Positions 41,414 to 51,026 of a stretch of DNA of 64,000 nt are shown here, in pieces; position 1 is the first letter of the stretch, and the number at the start of each line of letters is the position of its first letter. This DNA is from Desulfobacterales bacterium. Its GTDB lineage: Bacteria > Desulfobacterota > Desulfobacteria > Desulfobacterales > UBA2174. The translations under genes were made by a program, and so were the position numbers. The notes beneath the pieces were generated by a model. The model worked only from the letters and a program-made list of their open reading frames with translations, was not told the origin of the DNA and ran no database searches. The stretch lies in the NCBI GenBank assembly GCA_963668645.2, contig CAXXWC010000001.1, positions 160,001 to 224,000 on the forward strand. The letters are read 5' to 3'.

Positions 41414-41875
41414 ATGACAGTAATCGCCAAAGACATCATGGTAGAGTCTTTTGACACGATCGATGAAAACGCCCCCATCCACGAAGCCCTGAATATGATG
41501 TTCAAAGGCCGGGTCCGTGAAAACGGTCAAAAATCGAGCAGCCTCCTGGTCGTCGACGACTGGCAGCAGTTGACCGGCGTCATCACCATGTACGATGTGC
41601 TCTACCATCTGCGCCCCGACTTCCTCAATCACGGCATCGACGCCGACGTGCTGCCGTGGACTGGTCAGCTCAAGACGGTGGTCGCCCAACTGACGCGCAA
41701 GACGGTCAAGAAAGTCATGAGTCGTAACGTGACCGGCGCCGGCATGGAGGAGCACATCATGGTGGTCCTTGACCGCATGATCAAAAACCGCTACCGGCGC
41801 CTTCCTGTCCTGAAAAACGGGATCCCCATGGGCGTCATTTATCTTTCCGACATCTGCTACCATATCTTGTGCTGA
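41414..41875 (+). CDS. Stand-alone CBS-pair protein (153 aa)
   Basis: AKDIM, LLVVDD..LTGVIT..DVL, VKKVMS, RRLPVL..GVIYLSDI; GGAGGT RBS. Confidence 0.88.
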   Translation: MTVIAKDIMVESFDTIDENAPIHEALNMMFKGRVRENGQKSSSLLVVDDWQQLTGVITMYDVLYHLRPDFLNHGIDADVLPWTGQLKTVVAQLTRKTVKKVMSRNVTGAGMEEHIMVVLDRMIKNRYRRLPVLKNGIPMGVIYLSDICYHILC

Positions 41876-42074
41876 GTACAGCGAAAGTACGAAGGTTTTA
41901 AGCTGTCCGCCCTGCGTCGAACCATGCGGCTGAGCGGCATTCGGCCAAAGTGGATGGCTCTAATAGGGCGGTATCGATCAGGACCTGTTCGATCAGATCG
42001 GTCATCCGTTGCGTTTTGAGGTCTTTGATCGTTTCCTCATCCATGATGTTTTTCATCGTTTGTCTCCGGATCGC

Positions 42075-42345
42075 TCAGATCAGTTCGGTGGCCGCCAGGC
42101 GCACGTGTTCGGCGCCGACAGTCAGTGATCTTTGTTTGGCGGCCACGATCAGCGCGCCGCGGGCCAGGTGGTTGGCTTTGCGCAAAAGGCCGCCGGAGCC
42201 CTGGTGCAATGGCGATGACGGCCGGATCGTCAAACGGGTTGTGCTCAAGGCCGGCGATGGCCAGGTGATGGACGAGGTACTGTTTCATTTCCTGCAGTTT
42301 GAGGCCTTCCAGATAGCTGCGGGCCACGACGCGCGAGACCAGCTA
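42075..42345 (-). pseudogene. Truncated, frameshifted C-terminus of an ExeA-like transposition-associated AAA ATPase
   Basis: LVSRVVARSYLEGL..YLVHHLAIAG..FDDPAVIAI, then in the shifted frame HQGSGGLLRKANHLARGALIVAA..AEHVRLAATELI*; no Walker A part. Confidence 0.7.
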
Positions 42346-42412
42346 TCAGGTCGCATTCCTCTTTCGTAGGGCAAATTGGATCCACAGTGTCAAACAGTTA
42401 CGGGGGGGCGTT

Positions 42413-44806
42413 TCATTCGAAGCCGCCGCGGCCAAGCTCCGCGAAGATGTAAAGCACGTCCGTCAATCCGATAAGGCCGTCCCCGTCCGTGTCGCCGGCA
42501 AGGCGTATGGGGAACGGAGTTAGCCCGGACATGACCTGCAGCCCGATGATGAGATCCGTCACCTTGATATCATAGTCACCGTCCAGGTCTCCCAAGAGAG
42601 GTACCACACCCCGACCTGCAAGAAGAACGGATAAAACGGGGGTGGCGGGATCCGCACTCGCAACCGAGATGGCGGCCGACTTGGTTCCGGTTGAAAGGGG
42701 CCTGAAGGAGGTGGATATCGTGCAGCTTGCACCAGGGGCGAGGGTAGCTCCTGCGCAGCCGTTTTCGGTTATTAAAAAGTCTCCGGCATCCTCGCCTTCA
42801 ACCACTCCGCCTATCACTACCAGATCCGCTCCCCCGGTATTGGTGATCTGGGAGGACAAAACGGCAGATGCTTCCCCCACCTCGACCGGGCCGAAGTCCC
42901 TGGCGCCGTAAGGCCCCCCTATGGCCGCGGGATCGGCCGGCGCCACCAGGGGTTTGGCGTCGTATGTCTGGGCTTCACGGAAATATCCCGTTTTCCACTC
43001 TTCCAGGGGATGATAGGCCGATTCGCCGAACCCGTCACCGTCCGAATCTTGCCCTGTGTAATCGCCCCAGAAATTCCCACCCACCGAAACGCCGCCCAAT
43101 ATATTGGGGCCGGGCCCTGTCCTGTCCCAGGCATTGTCCTGGCCCGTTCCGTTGTCAACGGCGTTGATGGCGTTTTCCCTGATGCTGTTGTTGTAAACGA
43201 TGTTCTGGGAGGTGTCCGGTCCCAGCTCGATGCCGAAGGTGGTGCATTGCTCGATGACGTTTTCGTGAAAGTCGTTCCCCGTGGAGGATCCAATGACCTC
43301 TATACCTTTGACCGCGCCCTTTATATGGTTGAAAAGGACTGAATTTCCACCATCGAAGCCTGCATGTTGCAGGAACACCCCGCTTCCATTCGGGGCGTAC
43401 AGAGAGTTGAAGGCCACGGTGTTGTCCGAGCCGGAAGATATTCCAAGCCCGGGACCCCGGTTCACCGAGACGGCGTTTTCCCGCACAGTGCACTGCATGA
43501 CATAACCCAGCAAGATTCCTCCATGGGGTGCGAAATCGGGGGAAACGCACGCGGACTGGGCGGTATTGCCTTTCACCGTTATGCCGCTGGAGGGGGTCAA
43601 TCCGTCCACTTGGCTCACCGCTATTGCGGCCCCTTCGAACCTTTCGGCCGTGTTTTCCATGATCTGGTGGTCCGCGCCGCTTGCCCAGAACGCGTAGGGG
43701 ACGCAGTGTCCGTCGACAACGAAGTTGTCCCGCACCGTGTGGCCTGTTCCCGTAACCGTAATCATGGCGTTCGTGAGCAGGTTCGCCCGCACAGTGCTCC
43801 CTTGCCCGGAGACCGTGATTTCGCAAGTGATTTGCTCGCAGGACACTTCACCACAGTCGATGACGTTTTCTTCAACAAGGTCGCCGTTCCCCTTGACGGT
43901 CATCCTGCGGGCCTTGTTACCGCGGATTACATTGGCAGTGGGCTGATCTGGATTTACGTATGTCATGTCCATCCGGTTGAAGGTGTTGCCCTCGACAAGA
44001 TTTTCACGCGAGTTGCCGTTGATCTTGATGTCGTCGCCAGGGTGAGCGGAAAAGGTGTTTTCCTTGATGAATAATTTCTCGCAATCCACGAGAAAGAGAC
44101 CCACTCCGCCAAACACGCATTGGTCCACCCCCTGGCTTATCGCGGCGAAGTCGTCTTTGAGGTAATACAATGAAATGGTAGCGGCCGGGTAATCGTTGGC
44201 GTGGGTAAATGTCGCACCCTTGAAAATGATCTGTGCTGGGCTGAAAGCCGCTATTCCGGCGCCTTCCGCCCGGTCGAACGCCACCTCCGTGCCGGGGCTG
44301 ATGAAAAAACGTCCATCCCAGACGTTGACGTTGGCCACGTGGTAGGTGCCGTTTGAAGGGCTCCATGTGACTTCGCCCCTGCCGAGCTTTTCCTGCCATT
44401 CATCGCTGTTGTGCAGTTCCCCTGCCGCATATTCCGTGTCTGCCGTGGCCTGCTGGGTTTCCATGAGAACCCATTGGCCCTGCTCGTTTTTTTGGTAGCC
44501 CTCCAGTGCGTAGATATGGGTTCCGGGTGAAGCAATGGCATCACTCAGGTAGTCCGGAACTTTGCAGTTGGGGTCATCCGGGTTCTCGATCGTGCAGCCG
44601 GACCACCTCCTCAGGAGTATGTGGTTCCGGTACAATTCGAGTTTCTGGTTTTCGCCGAACCATGTAGATGCACTCAGGCTCAAGTCGACGGTTTTCTGGT
44701 CGTGGTAGATCACGGAAAGAGACAGGTTTTCGGCCTTAACGGCGTTGGCCGTGCACCAGCAGGTCAAAACGAGAAAAGCACAGGACACCGCTGATTTCAT
44801 TCCCAT
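42413..44806 (-). CDS. Secreted protein: right-handed beta-helix (NosD/pectin lyase-like) + Ig-like domain + C-terminal dockerin-like module
   Basis: Signal peptide, Asn/Gly beta-helix repeats, GGNFWGDY, DFGPV..ITNTGGADL..LAPGASCTI, GDLDGD...GDTDGDGLIGLTD. Confidence 0.85.
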   Translation of the reverse strand: MGMKSAVSCAFLVLTCWCTANAVKAENLSLSVIYHDQKTVDLSLSASTWFGENQKLELYRNHILLRRWSGCTIENPDDPNCKVPDYLSDAIASPGTHIYALEGYQKNEQGQWVLMETQQATADTEYAAGELHNSDEWQEKLGRGEVTWSPSNGTYHVANVNVWDGRFFISPGTEVAFDRAEGAGIAAFSPAQIIFKGATFTHANDYPAATISLYYLKDDFAAISQGVDQCVFGGVGLFLVDCEKLFIKENTFSAHPGDDIKINGNSRENLVEGNTFNRMDMTYVNPDQPTANVIRGNKARRMTVKGNGDLVEENVIDCGEVSCEQITCEITVSGQGSTVRANLLTNAMITVTGTGHTVRDNFVVDGHCVPYAFWASGADHQIMENTAERFEGAAIAVSQVDGLTPSSGITVKGNTAQSACVSPDFAPHGGILLGYVMQCTVRENAVSVNRGPGLGISSGSDNTVAFNSLYAPNGSGVFLQHAGFDGGNSVLFNHIKGAVKGIEVIGSSTGNDFHENVIEQCTTFGIELGPDTSQNIVYNNSIRENAINAVDNGTGQDNAWDRTGPGPNILGGVSVGGNFWGDYTGQDSDGDGFGESAYHPLEEWKTGYFREAQTYDAKPLVAPADPAAIGGPYGARDFGPVEVGEASAVLSSQITNTGGADLVVIGGVVEGEDAGDFLITENGCAGATLAPGASCTISTSFRPLSTGTKSAAISVASADPATPVLSVLLAGRGVVPLLGDLDGDYDIKVTDLIIGLQVMSGLTPFPIRLAGDTDGDGLIGLTDVLYIFAELGRGGFE

Positions 44807-44877
44807 GGCCACCTCTTATCACCGATTTTCACGCTCCTTTAACCGTCACAGCGGCATAGGAATTTGGTATCGTCGGA

Positions 44878-45060
44878 TCATTTGAATTTAAGTTCAAGAT
44901 CAGCATCGCCGAGCCAAGAAATTTTCTTCGGCAACCGATGCCATGGCGCATTTCGGAGGATCGGATTGTGCGCCCTACGAGGAAAGTTGACGGTCATCCG
45001 GCCAGCGTCGAACCGCACCTGACCTTTGCCTTTGACAAAATGACGGTACACCTTGGCCGC
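44878..45060 (-). pseudogene. 3' remnant of a putative transposase gene
   Basis: Startless frame AAKVYRHFVKGKGQV..FPRRAHNPILRNAPWHRLPKKISWLGDADLELKFK*, resembling C-termini of deltaproteobacterial IS transposases (recall only). Confidence 0.5.
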
Positions 45061-45063
45061 ACA

Positions 45064-45195
45064 TCATTCCTCTCCGTCGTGGCTGACGATCATGCCGGTC
45101 TCCAGACCTGGTGGCCCATCGATTTGAGATAGCCCGTCAGATTGTTGATCGAGTAAAGGGAAGCTGTGTTGTCCACCAGCCAGTGAGCCAGATCG
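45064..45195 (-). pseudogene. Deleted fragments of an AAA_14/DUF4143-type ATPase
   Basis: DLAHWLVDNTASLYSINNLTGYLKSMGH followed out of frame by TGMIVSHDGEE*. Confidence 0.45.
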
Positions 45196-45278
45196 CTCAC
45201 TGCGTCTCTGCGCCTCCGCGCGAGCTCTTATGATGGCTGAAAACATGCCCCAGTGAATCCTGTGGCGATGCTTGCCGC

Positions 45279-46214
45279 TCACGGCACATTGATCCCGGCG
45301 CTGATCTGCAGCGCCCGGATCGCTTCCACCAGCCCAACCTTGCCGTCGTCATCCGTGTCCCATTCCAGCATCTGATTGACCACCAGGTCCATGTCTTCCT
45401 GGGTGTAAAGGCCCTGGGTACCGGGGCACCCCTGGTTGTCGACATAGGAAGCGGCGGGGGTTTCCGGGCAGGTGTCCCAATCGTCCGGCACACCGTCATT
45501 ATCCGTATCCGTGCAGGCACAGCCGGTTTGCCCGCCATTTTCGCTGTAGATGCCGGCCACCTCATTGGCTGTCAGCACCCGGTTGTAAAGCCGGACTTCG
45601 TCCAGCGCACCTTCAAAATAATTGCCCGCACTGGTGTCATATTCCTTGCCGATAAAGACGGCATCGGATGTTTGATCCGGTGTTGCAGTGATTGCATAGG
45701 AGTTGACTTGCTGGCCGTCAACGTAAAACGTCATGGCACCATCACCATAGGTGACGCATAAATGGGACCATTGGTCGGCAGGGATCGGCGGCCGGGGATT
45801 TGAATCGGATGAATGGTATTGGACCCAGTGCCCCCCGATCCAGATGGCGCCTTGAAATTTCATTTCCAGGAAAATGCCCGCGCTGAAAGAACCCTTTTTG
45901 CCTAAAATGTATCCGCTGGCATCCGTCACCGGGTTCACCCATGCACAAATGCTGAAAGTGGTCAGGTTATACGCGGATGAGGTCCCGATATCCACGGCAT
46001 CTTCGTCGCCATCCAACTCTATCGCCTGGCCGACAGCGCCGGTGACAAACGACGGATCTCCCACAAGCGTTCCGTTGTGCCCGTTGCCGCTGGCATCGTT
46101 GGCGTTGCTTTCAAAAGGATAATACCCCACCAGCCCATCTGTTATGTCTGCCTGAACAACGCCGCTGGCCAAAAGCAAAAACAAACCGGTCATCACGAAG
46201 ATTGCCTTTTTCAT
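45279..46214 (-). CDS. Secreted LamG (ConA-like) protein with a thrombospondin type-3-like repeat and a dockerin-like C-terminus
   Basis: Signal MKKAIF..VVQA, GLVGYYPF..ANDASGNG, WSHLCVTY, FEGALDEVRLYNRVL, DTDNDGVPDDWDTCP, WDTDDDGKVGLVEAIRALQ; GGGAGG RBS. Confidence 0.9.
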   Translation of the reverse strand: MKKAIFVMTGLFLLLASGVVQADITDGLVGYYPFESNANDASGNGHNGTLVGDPSFVTGAVGQAIELDGDEDAVDIGTSSAYNLTTFSICAWVNPVTDASGYILGKKGSFSAGIFLEMKFQGAIWIGGHWVQYHSSDSNPRPPIPADQWSHLCVTYGDGAMTFYVDGQQVNSYAITATPDQTSDAVFIGKEYDTSAGNYFEGALDEVRLYNRVLTANEVAGIYSENGGQTGCACTDTDNDGVPDDWDTCPETPAASYVDNQGCPGTQGLYTQEDMDLVVNQMLEWDTDDDGKVGLVEAIRALQISAGINVP

Positions 46215-46291
46215 CGACTTCCTCCCGGCAATTTTTAGTTAAAATTTTAAACAAAAACAAAGATAGGAGAAGGGATTGAAGTTCCCCTTGC

Positions 46292-46320
46292 AACCTATCC
46301 AGGCCTGATTGTGCTGTCAA
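46292..46320 (-). promoter_or_regulatory. Putative sigma70 promoter of the LamG gene
   Basis: Minus strand TTGACA-N17-TAGGTT. Confidence 0.5.
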
Positions 46321-46474
46321 GTCAAAATCCGGACAGGGACAATCCTCGGTTGAACCAAAACAAAACCGGATTCACAAAAAAAATTGCTTCCAGGCAGACC
46401 GGGCGCGGGGGGCTGCTTGCAGTCGTCAAATCCGGGTCAGCAGAGTTTTGAGTTCAGAGGAACCGAATCGCGGG

Positions 46475-48334
46475 TTATGAAACGATCCGCCCGAAGCGCT
46501 TTTCCAGTTCGCGCAGATCGATCAGAATCCAGGTGGGCCGGCCGTGGGGGCAGTGGTGGGGTTGCTCGCATGCGTCGAGCTGGGGCAGGAGGGCTTTGAG
46601 TTCGGCTTCTGAAAGGCGTTGGCGGCCGCGCACGGCATTGTGGCAGGCCATCAGCTTGAGGCTGTTGTCGATCACCACGTCCAGGCCGCCGCCGGAGCCG
46701 GTTTCGGCGGCCTGCTCGGCGATCCGGCGCAGCAAGGGTTCCATGGGCTGGCCGGACAAAAAGGCCGGCACCGTCTTGACAACGAAAGTGGTGCCGCCGA
46801 AAGGCTCGATCTCCAGGCCGCAGCCGGCCAGGCGGTCCACCAGCGGTTCGAGGGCCGCGGCCTCGCCGAAGCCCAGATCAACGGCTTCGGGCATCAAAAG
46901 GGCCTGGGCCGGGGCCCGGCGGCCGGCCGCAGCCCGGCATAGCTGCTCGTAGTGGACCCGCTCGTGGGCCGCGTGCTGGTCGATGAGCACCAGCCCGGCC
47001 TCGCTCTGGCACAGCAGGTAGGTGCCGTGTAGCTGGCCGAGCACCTGCAGATCGGCAAAGCGGTCCACGCGCCACAAGGCATTCTGGGCCGGGTGCGACT
47101 TTCCGGGGGCATCGATCCGCGGCCCTGCACCGGCTGGCCCGGGTGTTGCCGGTATGGAGGGTGCGGCCGGTGCCGGTTGGATCTTCGCTGCCGTTGGGGC
47201 CGGTTCGGTGCCATGGCTCTGTTTGATCTTGGGCGGGGCCTGATATTCGGATTCCACCGCCGGTGCATAAACGGCTTCCGGCTCCCTGATACGTTTGTGC
47301 ACCGCGGCTTGACCCGTGTCCTGGGCATCCTTCCAGCGAGGCCTTTCAAAACGCGCCAGCGTGCGTGATACCCCCAGGACCACAGCATCGTGCACGGCCC
47401 GCGGCTCGGCAAAGCGCACCTCGTGCTTGGTGGGATGCACATTGACATCCACCTGATCGAAGGGCACCTGCACGAAAAGCACCGCCGCTGGAAACTGCCC
47501 TTTCATCAGGCGCTGACCGAACCCGGCCATCAGACCGTGATGGATGCCGCGGTCGCGTACCCAGCGGCCGTTGACGAAAAAATAGATGCCCCGCGGGGTA
47601 GTGCGCGTTTCGTCCGGCGTCGCCACCCAACCGGAAACAGAGACCCCCTGCGTTTCATAAGTCACGCAAAGGAGCCGATCCTGCAATGAACGTCCCAGGA
47701 CATCGGCGGCCCGGACCACCGGTTCGGAGACCGCCGGCCACTGGCGCATCAGCCGCCCGTCATGCTCCAAGCGAAATCCGATCTTCGGGTGGGCCAGGGC
47801 CACGGCGGTCAGGGTGTCGGCGATGTGGGCCAGTTCGGTGGCGATGGTTTTTAAAAACTTGCGCCGGGCCGGAGTATTGTAAAAAAGCTGGCCAACACTG
47901 ACCAGGGTGCCGGGCGGCGCACCGGCGGCGCGCACGTTTTTAAGTGTCCCGCCCTCAATGCGCACCTCGGTGGCCTCCTCGGACCCGGTCTCCCGGGTCA
48001 CCAGGGCAAAGCGGGAGACCGCCGCGATGCTGGGCAGGGCCTCGCCGCGAAACCCGAGGGTGCGAATGGCGAACAGGTCCGGGGCCTCGCGCAGCTTGCT
48101 CGTGGCGTAGCGCTCGATGGCCATCAGGGCATCATCACGGCTCATGCCGCAGCCGTCGTCGGCCACCTGGATCAGATTGCGCCCCCCCTTTTCCACCGCC
48201 ACCTGGATGCGCCCGGCCCCGGCGTCCAGGGCGTTTTCCACCAGTTCCTTGACCACCGAGGCCGGCCGTTCGACCACCTCGCCGGCGGCGATCTGGTTGG
48301 AAAGCACTTCGGGTAGGATGCGGATCCTGGACAT
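46475..48334 (-). CDS. mutL: DNA mismatch repair endonuclease MutL
   Basis: NQIAAGEVVERPASVVKELVENALDAGA, GFRGEAL, DVNVHPTK, endonuclease motifs DQHAAHER, ACH, CPHGRP. Confidence 0.97.
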   Translation of the reverse strand: MSRIRILPEVLSNQIAAGEVVERPASVVKELVENALDAGAGRIQVAVEKGGRNLIQVADDGCGMSRDDALMAIERYATSKLREAPDLFAIRTLGFRGEALPSIAAVSRFALVTRETGSEEATEVRIEGGTLKNVRAAGAPPGTLVSVGQLFYNTPARRKFLKTIATELAHIADTLTAVALAHPKIGFRLEHDGRLMRQWPAVSEPVVRAADVLGRSLQDRLLCVTYETQGVSVSGWVATPDETRTTPRGIYFFVNGRWVRDRGIHHGLMAGFGQRLMKGQFPAAVLFVQVPFDQVDVNVHPTKHEVRFAEPRAVHDAVVLGVSRTLARFERPRWKDAQDTGQAAVHKRIREPEAVYAPAVESEYQAPPKIKQSHGTEPAPTAAKIQPAPAAPSIPATPGPAGAGPRIDAPGKSHPAQNALWRVDRFADLQVLGQLHGTYLLCQSEAGLVLIDQHAAHERVHYEQLCRAAAGRRAPAQALLMPEAVDLGFGEAAALEPLVDRLAGCGLEIEPFGGTTFVVKTVPAFLSGQPMEPLLRRIAEQAAETGSGGGLDVVIDNSLKLMACHNAVRGRQRLSEAELKALLPQLDACEQPHHCPHGRPTWILIDLRELEKRFGRIVS

Positions 48335-48343
48335 GGAAACGCC

Positions 48344-48526
48344 CTATTCCGCCCTGCCGGCGATAAATTTGGCCAGGTACTCGGTTTCCAGGGGATTGAG
48401 GTTGAAGCGCAGACAGGCTTCGTCGAGCAGCTCGCGATCCGACGGGGGCTGGGCTGCCTTGCGCGCCTCGTCGATCCATTTGATCGCGTTGCGCAGGTTG
48501 TCGCCTTTGGGCATCACGGTGGTCAT
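48344..48526 (-). CDS. Small hypothetical protein (60 aa)
   Basis: MTTVMPKGDNLRNAIKWI..ACLRFNLNPLETEYL; GAGGAGG RBS; fills the gap between gatA and mutL. Confidence 0.8.
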   Translation of the reverse strand: MTTVMPKGDNLRNAIKWIDEARKAAQPPSDRELLDEACLRFNLNPLETEYLAKFIAGRAE

Positions 48527-48537
48527 CTGGATCCTCC

Positions 48538-49998
48538 TCAAAGGGGCGGCTTGCGCCGGTGAAAATCGGTGGCCTGTTCGAAGTGGTAGCCAAGCCGCAG
48601 CAAGGTGGCCTCGTCGAAATGGCGTCCGAGCAGTTGCATGCCGATGGGCAACCCCGCGGTCGAAAAACCGCAGGGAATCGTCAGTCCGGGAATTCCGGCC
48701 ATGTTGGCCGACAGGGTGTAGATGTCCGAAAGGTACATCTGGAGCGGATCTTCCACTTTTTCGCCGATGGCAAAAGCCGGGGTTGGGGCTACGGGTGCCA
48801 GCACGGCGTCGCAGCGCTCGAACGCCTTTTCGAAATCCCGCCGGATCAGGGTGCGCACCTGGCTCGCCTTGCCGTAGTAGGCGTCGTAGTAACCGGCCGA
48901 CAGACAGTAGGTGCCGATGATGATGCGCCGCTGGACCTCGGGACCGAACCCGGCCGAACGGGTGTAGCGGTACATCTCGGAGAGCTGCTCGGCGCCAGGG
49001 TCCCGCAACCCGTACTTGACCCCGTCGTAGCGCGCCAGGTTGCTGCTCGCCTCGGCCGGGGCGATCACATAGTAGGCGGCCACGGCATAGGACGAGTGCG
49101 GCAGCGAGACCTCCACGGTCTGCACCCCCATCTGCCTCAGGGTGGCCACGGCCCCTTCCACCGCTGCGGCCACCTCCGGCGCCAGTCCTTCGAGGCTGAA
49201 GTATTCGCGCGGCAGCCCGACGGTCATCCCCTCGATGCCGGCTTTCAGGCTTTCGGTGTAATCCGGCACGGACTGGGGCATGGAGGTCGAGTCGCGCCCG
49301 TCGTGGCCGGCGATGACGTTCATCATCAGGGCGCAGTCGGTGACATCCTTGACCAGCGGTCCGATCTGGTCCAGCGAAGAGGCGAAAGCCACCAGGCCGT
49401 AGCGTGAGACCCGCCCGTAGGTCGGTTTTAGCCCCACCACACCGCAGTGGCCCGCCGGCTGGCGGATGGATCCGCCCGTGTCCGATCCCAGGGCTCCCAG
49501 GCACATGTCGGCAGCCACGGCAACGGCCGACCCGCCGCTGCTGCCGCCGGGGATACAGGCAGTGTTCCATGGGTTGCGCACCGGTTTGAAGGCCGAGTGC
49601 TCGCTGGTGGATCCCATGGCGAATTCGTCCATGTTGGTCTTGCCCACCATCACCGCGCCGGACTCGTAGAGGCGGGTCATCACGGTGGCATCGTAAGGTG
49701 GAACGAAATTTTCCAGGACCCGCGAGGCGCAGGTGGTGGGCACCCCGGCGGTGCAGATCAGATCCTTGATTGCCACCGGAATGCCGGTCAGTGCACCGGC
49801 CCGGCCCTCTTTCAGGGCCTTGTCGGCGGCATCGGCGCTCTCCATGGCGTGATCTTCGGTGACGGTCAGAAAAGCGCCCAGCCGGTCGTCCAGGGCTGCG
49901 ATACGGTCCAGAACGGAGCGGGCCAACTCGCGGGCCGAGATCTCGCGCCGGGCGAGCAGGTCTCGGGCCTCATGCATGGTCAGGGCATATAGAGCCAT
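48538..49998 (-). CDS. gatA: Asp/Glu-tRNA amidotransferase subunit A
   Basis: [48 protein letters not shown]. Confidence 0.97.
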   Translation of the reverse strand: MALYALTMHEARDLLARREISARELARSVLDRIAALDDRLGAFLTVTEDHAMESADAADKALKEGRAGALTGIPVAIKDLICTAGVPTTCASRVLENFVPPYDATVMTRLYESGAVMVGKTNMDEFAMGSTSEHSAFKPVRNPWNTACIPGGSSGGSAVAVAADMCLGALGSDTGGSIRQPAGHCGVVGLKPTYGRVSRYGLVAFASSLDQIGPLVKDVTDCALMMNVIAGHDGRDSTSMPQSVPDYTESLKAGIEGMTVGLPREYFSLEGLAPEVAAAVEGAVATLRQMGVQTVEVSLPHSSYAVAAYYVIAPAEASSNLARYDGVKYGLRDPGAEQLSEMYRYTRSAGFGPEVQRRIIIGTYCLSAGYYDAYYGKASQVRTLIRRDFEKAFERCDAVLAPVAPTPAFAIGEKVEDPLQMYLSDIYTLSANMAGIPGLTIPCGFSTAGLPIGMQLLGRHFDEATLLRLGYHFEQATDFHRRKPPL

Positions 49999-50031
49999 CG
50001 AACTTTCCTTGAATGCTCGGGTTGCGTCGGG

Positions 50032-50319
50032 TTACCCCACGATTTTGGGAACAAGAAAACAACCGTCCTCCTGGGCGGGTGCATTGGCCAGGGCCTGATC
50101 GGTTTCCAGATGGGGCCGGCGCTCATCGGGGCGAAAGGCGTTGTCCAGCGCCAGGGCATGGGCCGTGGGTGGCACGCCGGTGGTGTCGACCTTCTCCAGC
50201 TGGGCCACATAATCGAGAATATCGGCCAACTGCTGGGCATAGGTGTCCAGGGCCGCCTCGTCCAGATCGAGGCGCGCCAGGTCGGCCACGTGAATGACGT
50301 CTTGACGCGTAATGGGCAT
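50032..50319 (-). CDS. gatC: Asp/Glu-tRNA amidotransferase subunit C
   Basis: ITRQDVIHVADLARL..VDTTGVPPT..ANAP..FLVPKIV. Confidence 0.95.
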   Translation of the reverse strand: MPITRQDVIHVADLARLDLDEAALDTYAQQLADILDYVAQLEKVDTTGVPPTAHALALDNAFRPDERRPHLETDQALANAPAQEDGCFLVPKIVG

Positions 50320-50345
50320 TTAAGAGGCTCCTTGACGATCGCGGC

Positions 50346-51002
50346 TCATTGATTGACCACGATGGGTTTGTATTTCAGTTTCATCAACCGTTCGCGGGCT
50401 TCCTGGGTCGCCTCGGGCGTGGCGAAGGGACCGACCCGAACCCGGTACCAGGTGCCGCGGCCCTCGACCTGGGCCTTGACGATACGCACGGTGAATCCCT
50501 GGTCGCGCAGCCGGCTCTCGACCTTCCTGGCCGCCTCGGCTTCGCGCAGGGCTGCTACCTGCAAAACCACCGCACCTTGGACCGGGGTGGTTTCAGGTTT
50601 GGCCGCTGGCGCAGGCTTGGCCGCAGGTGGCGGCGGTTTGGGTGTCGGCGCGGCCGGCTTGGAGACGGTATCGGGGCCGGGCAGCGGCTTTCGCAGAGGC
50701 CCGTCCTGTTTCAACTCGTGGTAAAAATCGAGGGTCGAACGGTCCCCCTCGCCTTCCATGGCGACGCGAAAACGTTTTATTTCCGCTTGCAACTCGGCGT
50801 CGCGCAGCCGGGCCAACTCGGTCTCCAAGGCCTGAATGTCGAAGTGGATCGGCGCAGTACCGCGGCCCACCAGCAACCCCAGGACAAAATTGAGGGCCGC
50901 CACCAACACCAGCAGGGCCAGCCACTTGCGGGTGGATCCGCCGCTTCGGCGAGCCTCTGGCGGGGAATCTGCCGTTTTGGATTCCTTGGCGCTCACAGCC
51001 AA
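50346..51002 (-). CDS. SPOR-domain (FtsN/DedD-like) protein
   Basis: TM anchor, Pro-rich linker, LQVAAL..WYRVRVGPF; usual position after argS. Confidence 0.88.
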   Translation of the reverse strand: MAVSAKESKTADSPPEARRSGGSTRKWLALLVLVAALNFVLGLLVGRGTAPIHFDIQALETELARLRDAELQAEIKRFRVAMEGEGDRSTLDFYHELKQDGPLRKPLPGPDTVSKPAAPTPKPPPPAAKPAPAAKPETTPVQGAVVLQVAALREAEAARKVESRLRDQGFTVRIVKAQVEGRGTWYRVRVGPFATPEATQEARERLMKLKYKPIVVNQ

Positions 51003-51026
51003 CCCACCTGCCGTTGATCTGGCGCG

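Noticed and set aside
48344..49570. 408-aa ORF overlapping gatA
   Set aside because: Only the last 60 codons have an RBS and protein-like sequence; the rest is an alternate frame of gatA
48538..50319. gatCA without gatB
   Set aside because: Split gat operons are common; gatB is probably elsewhere
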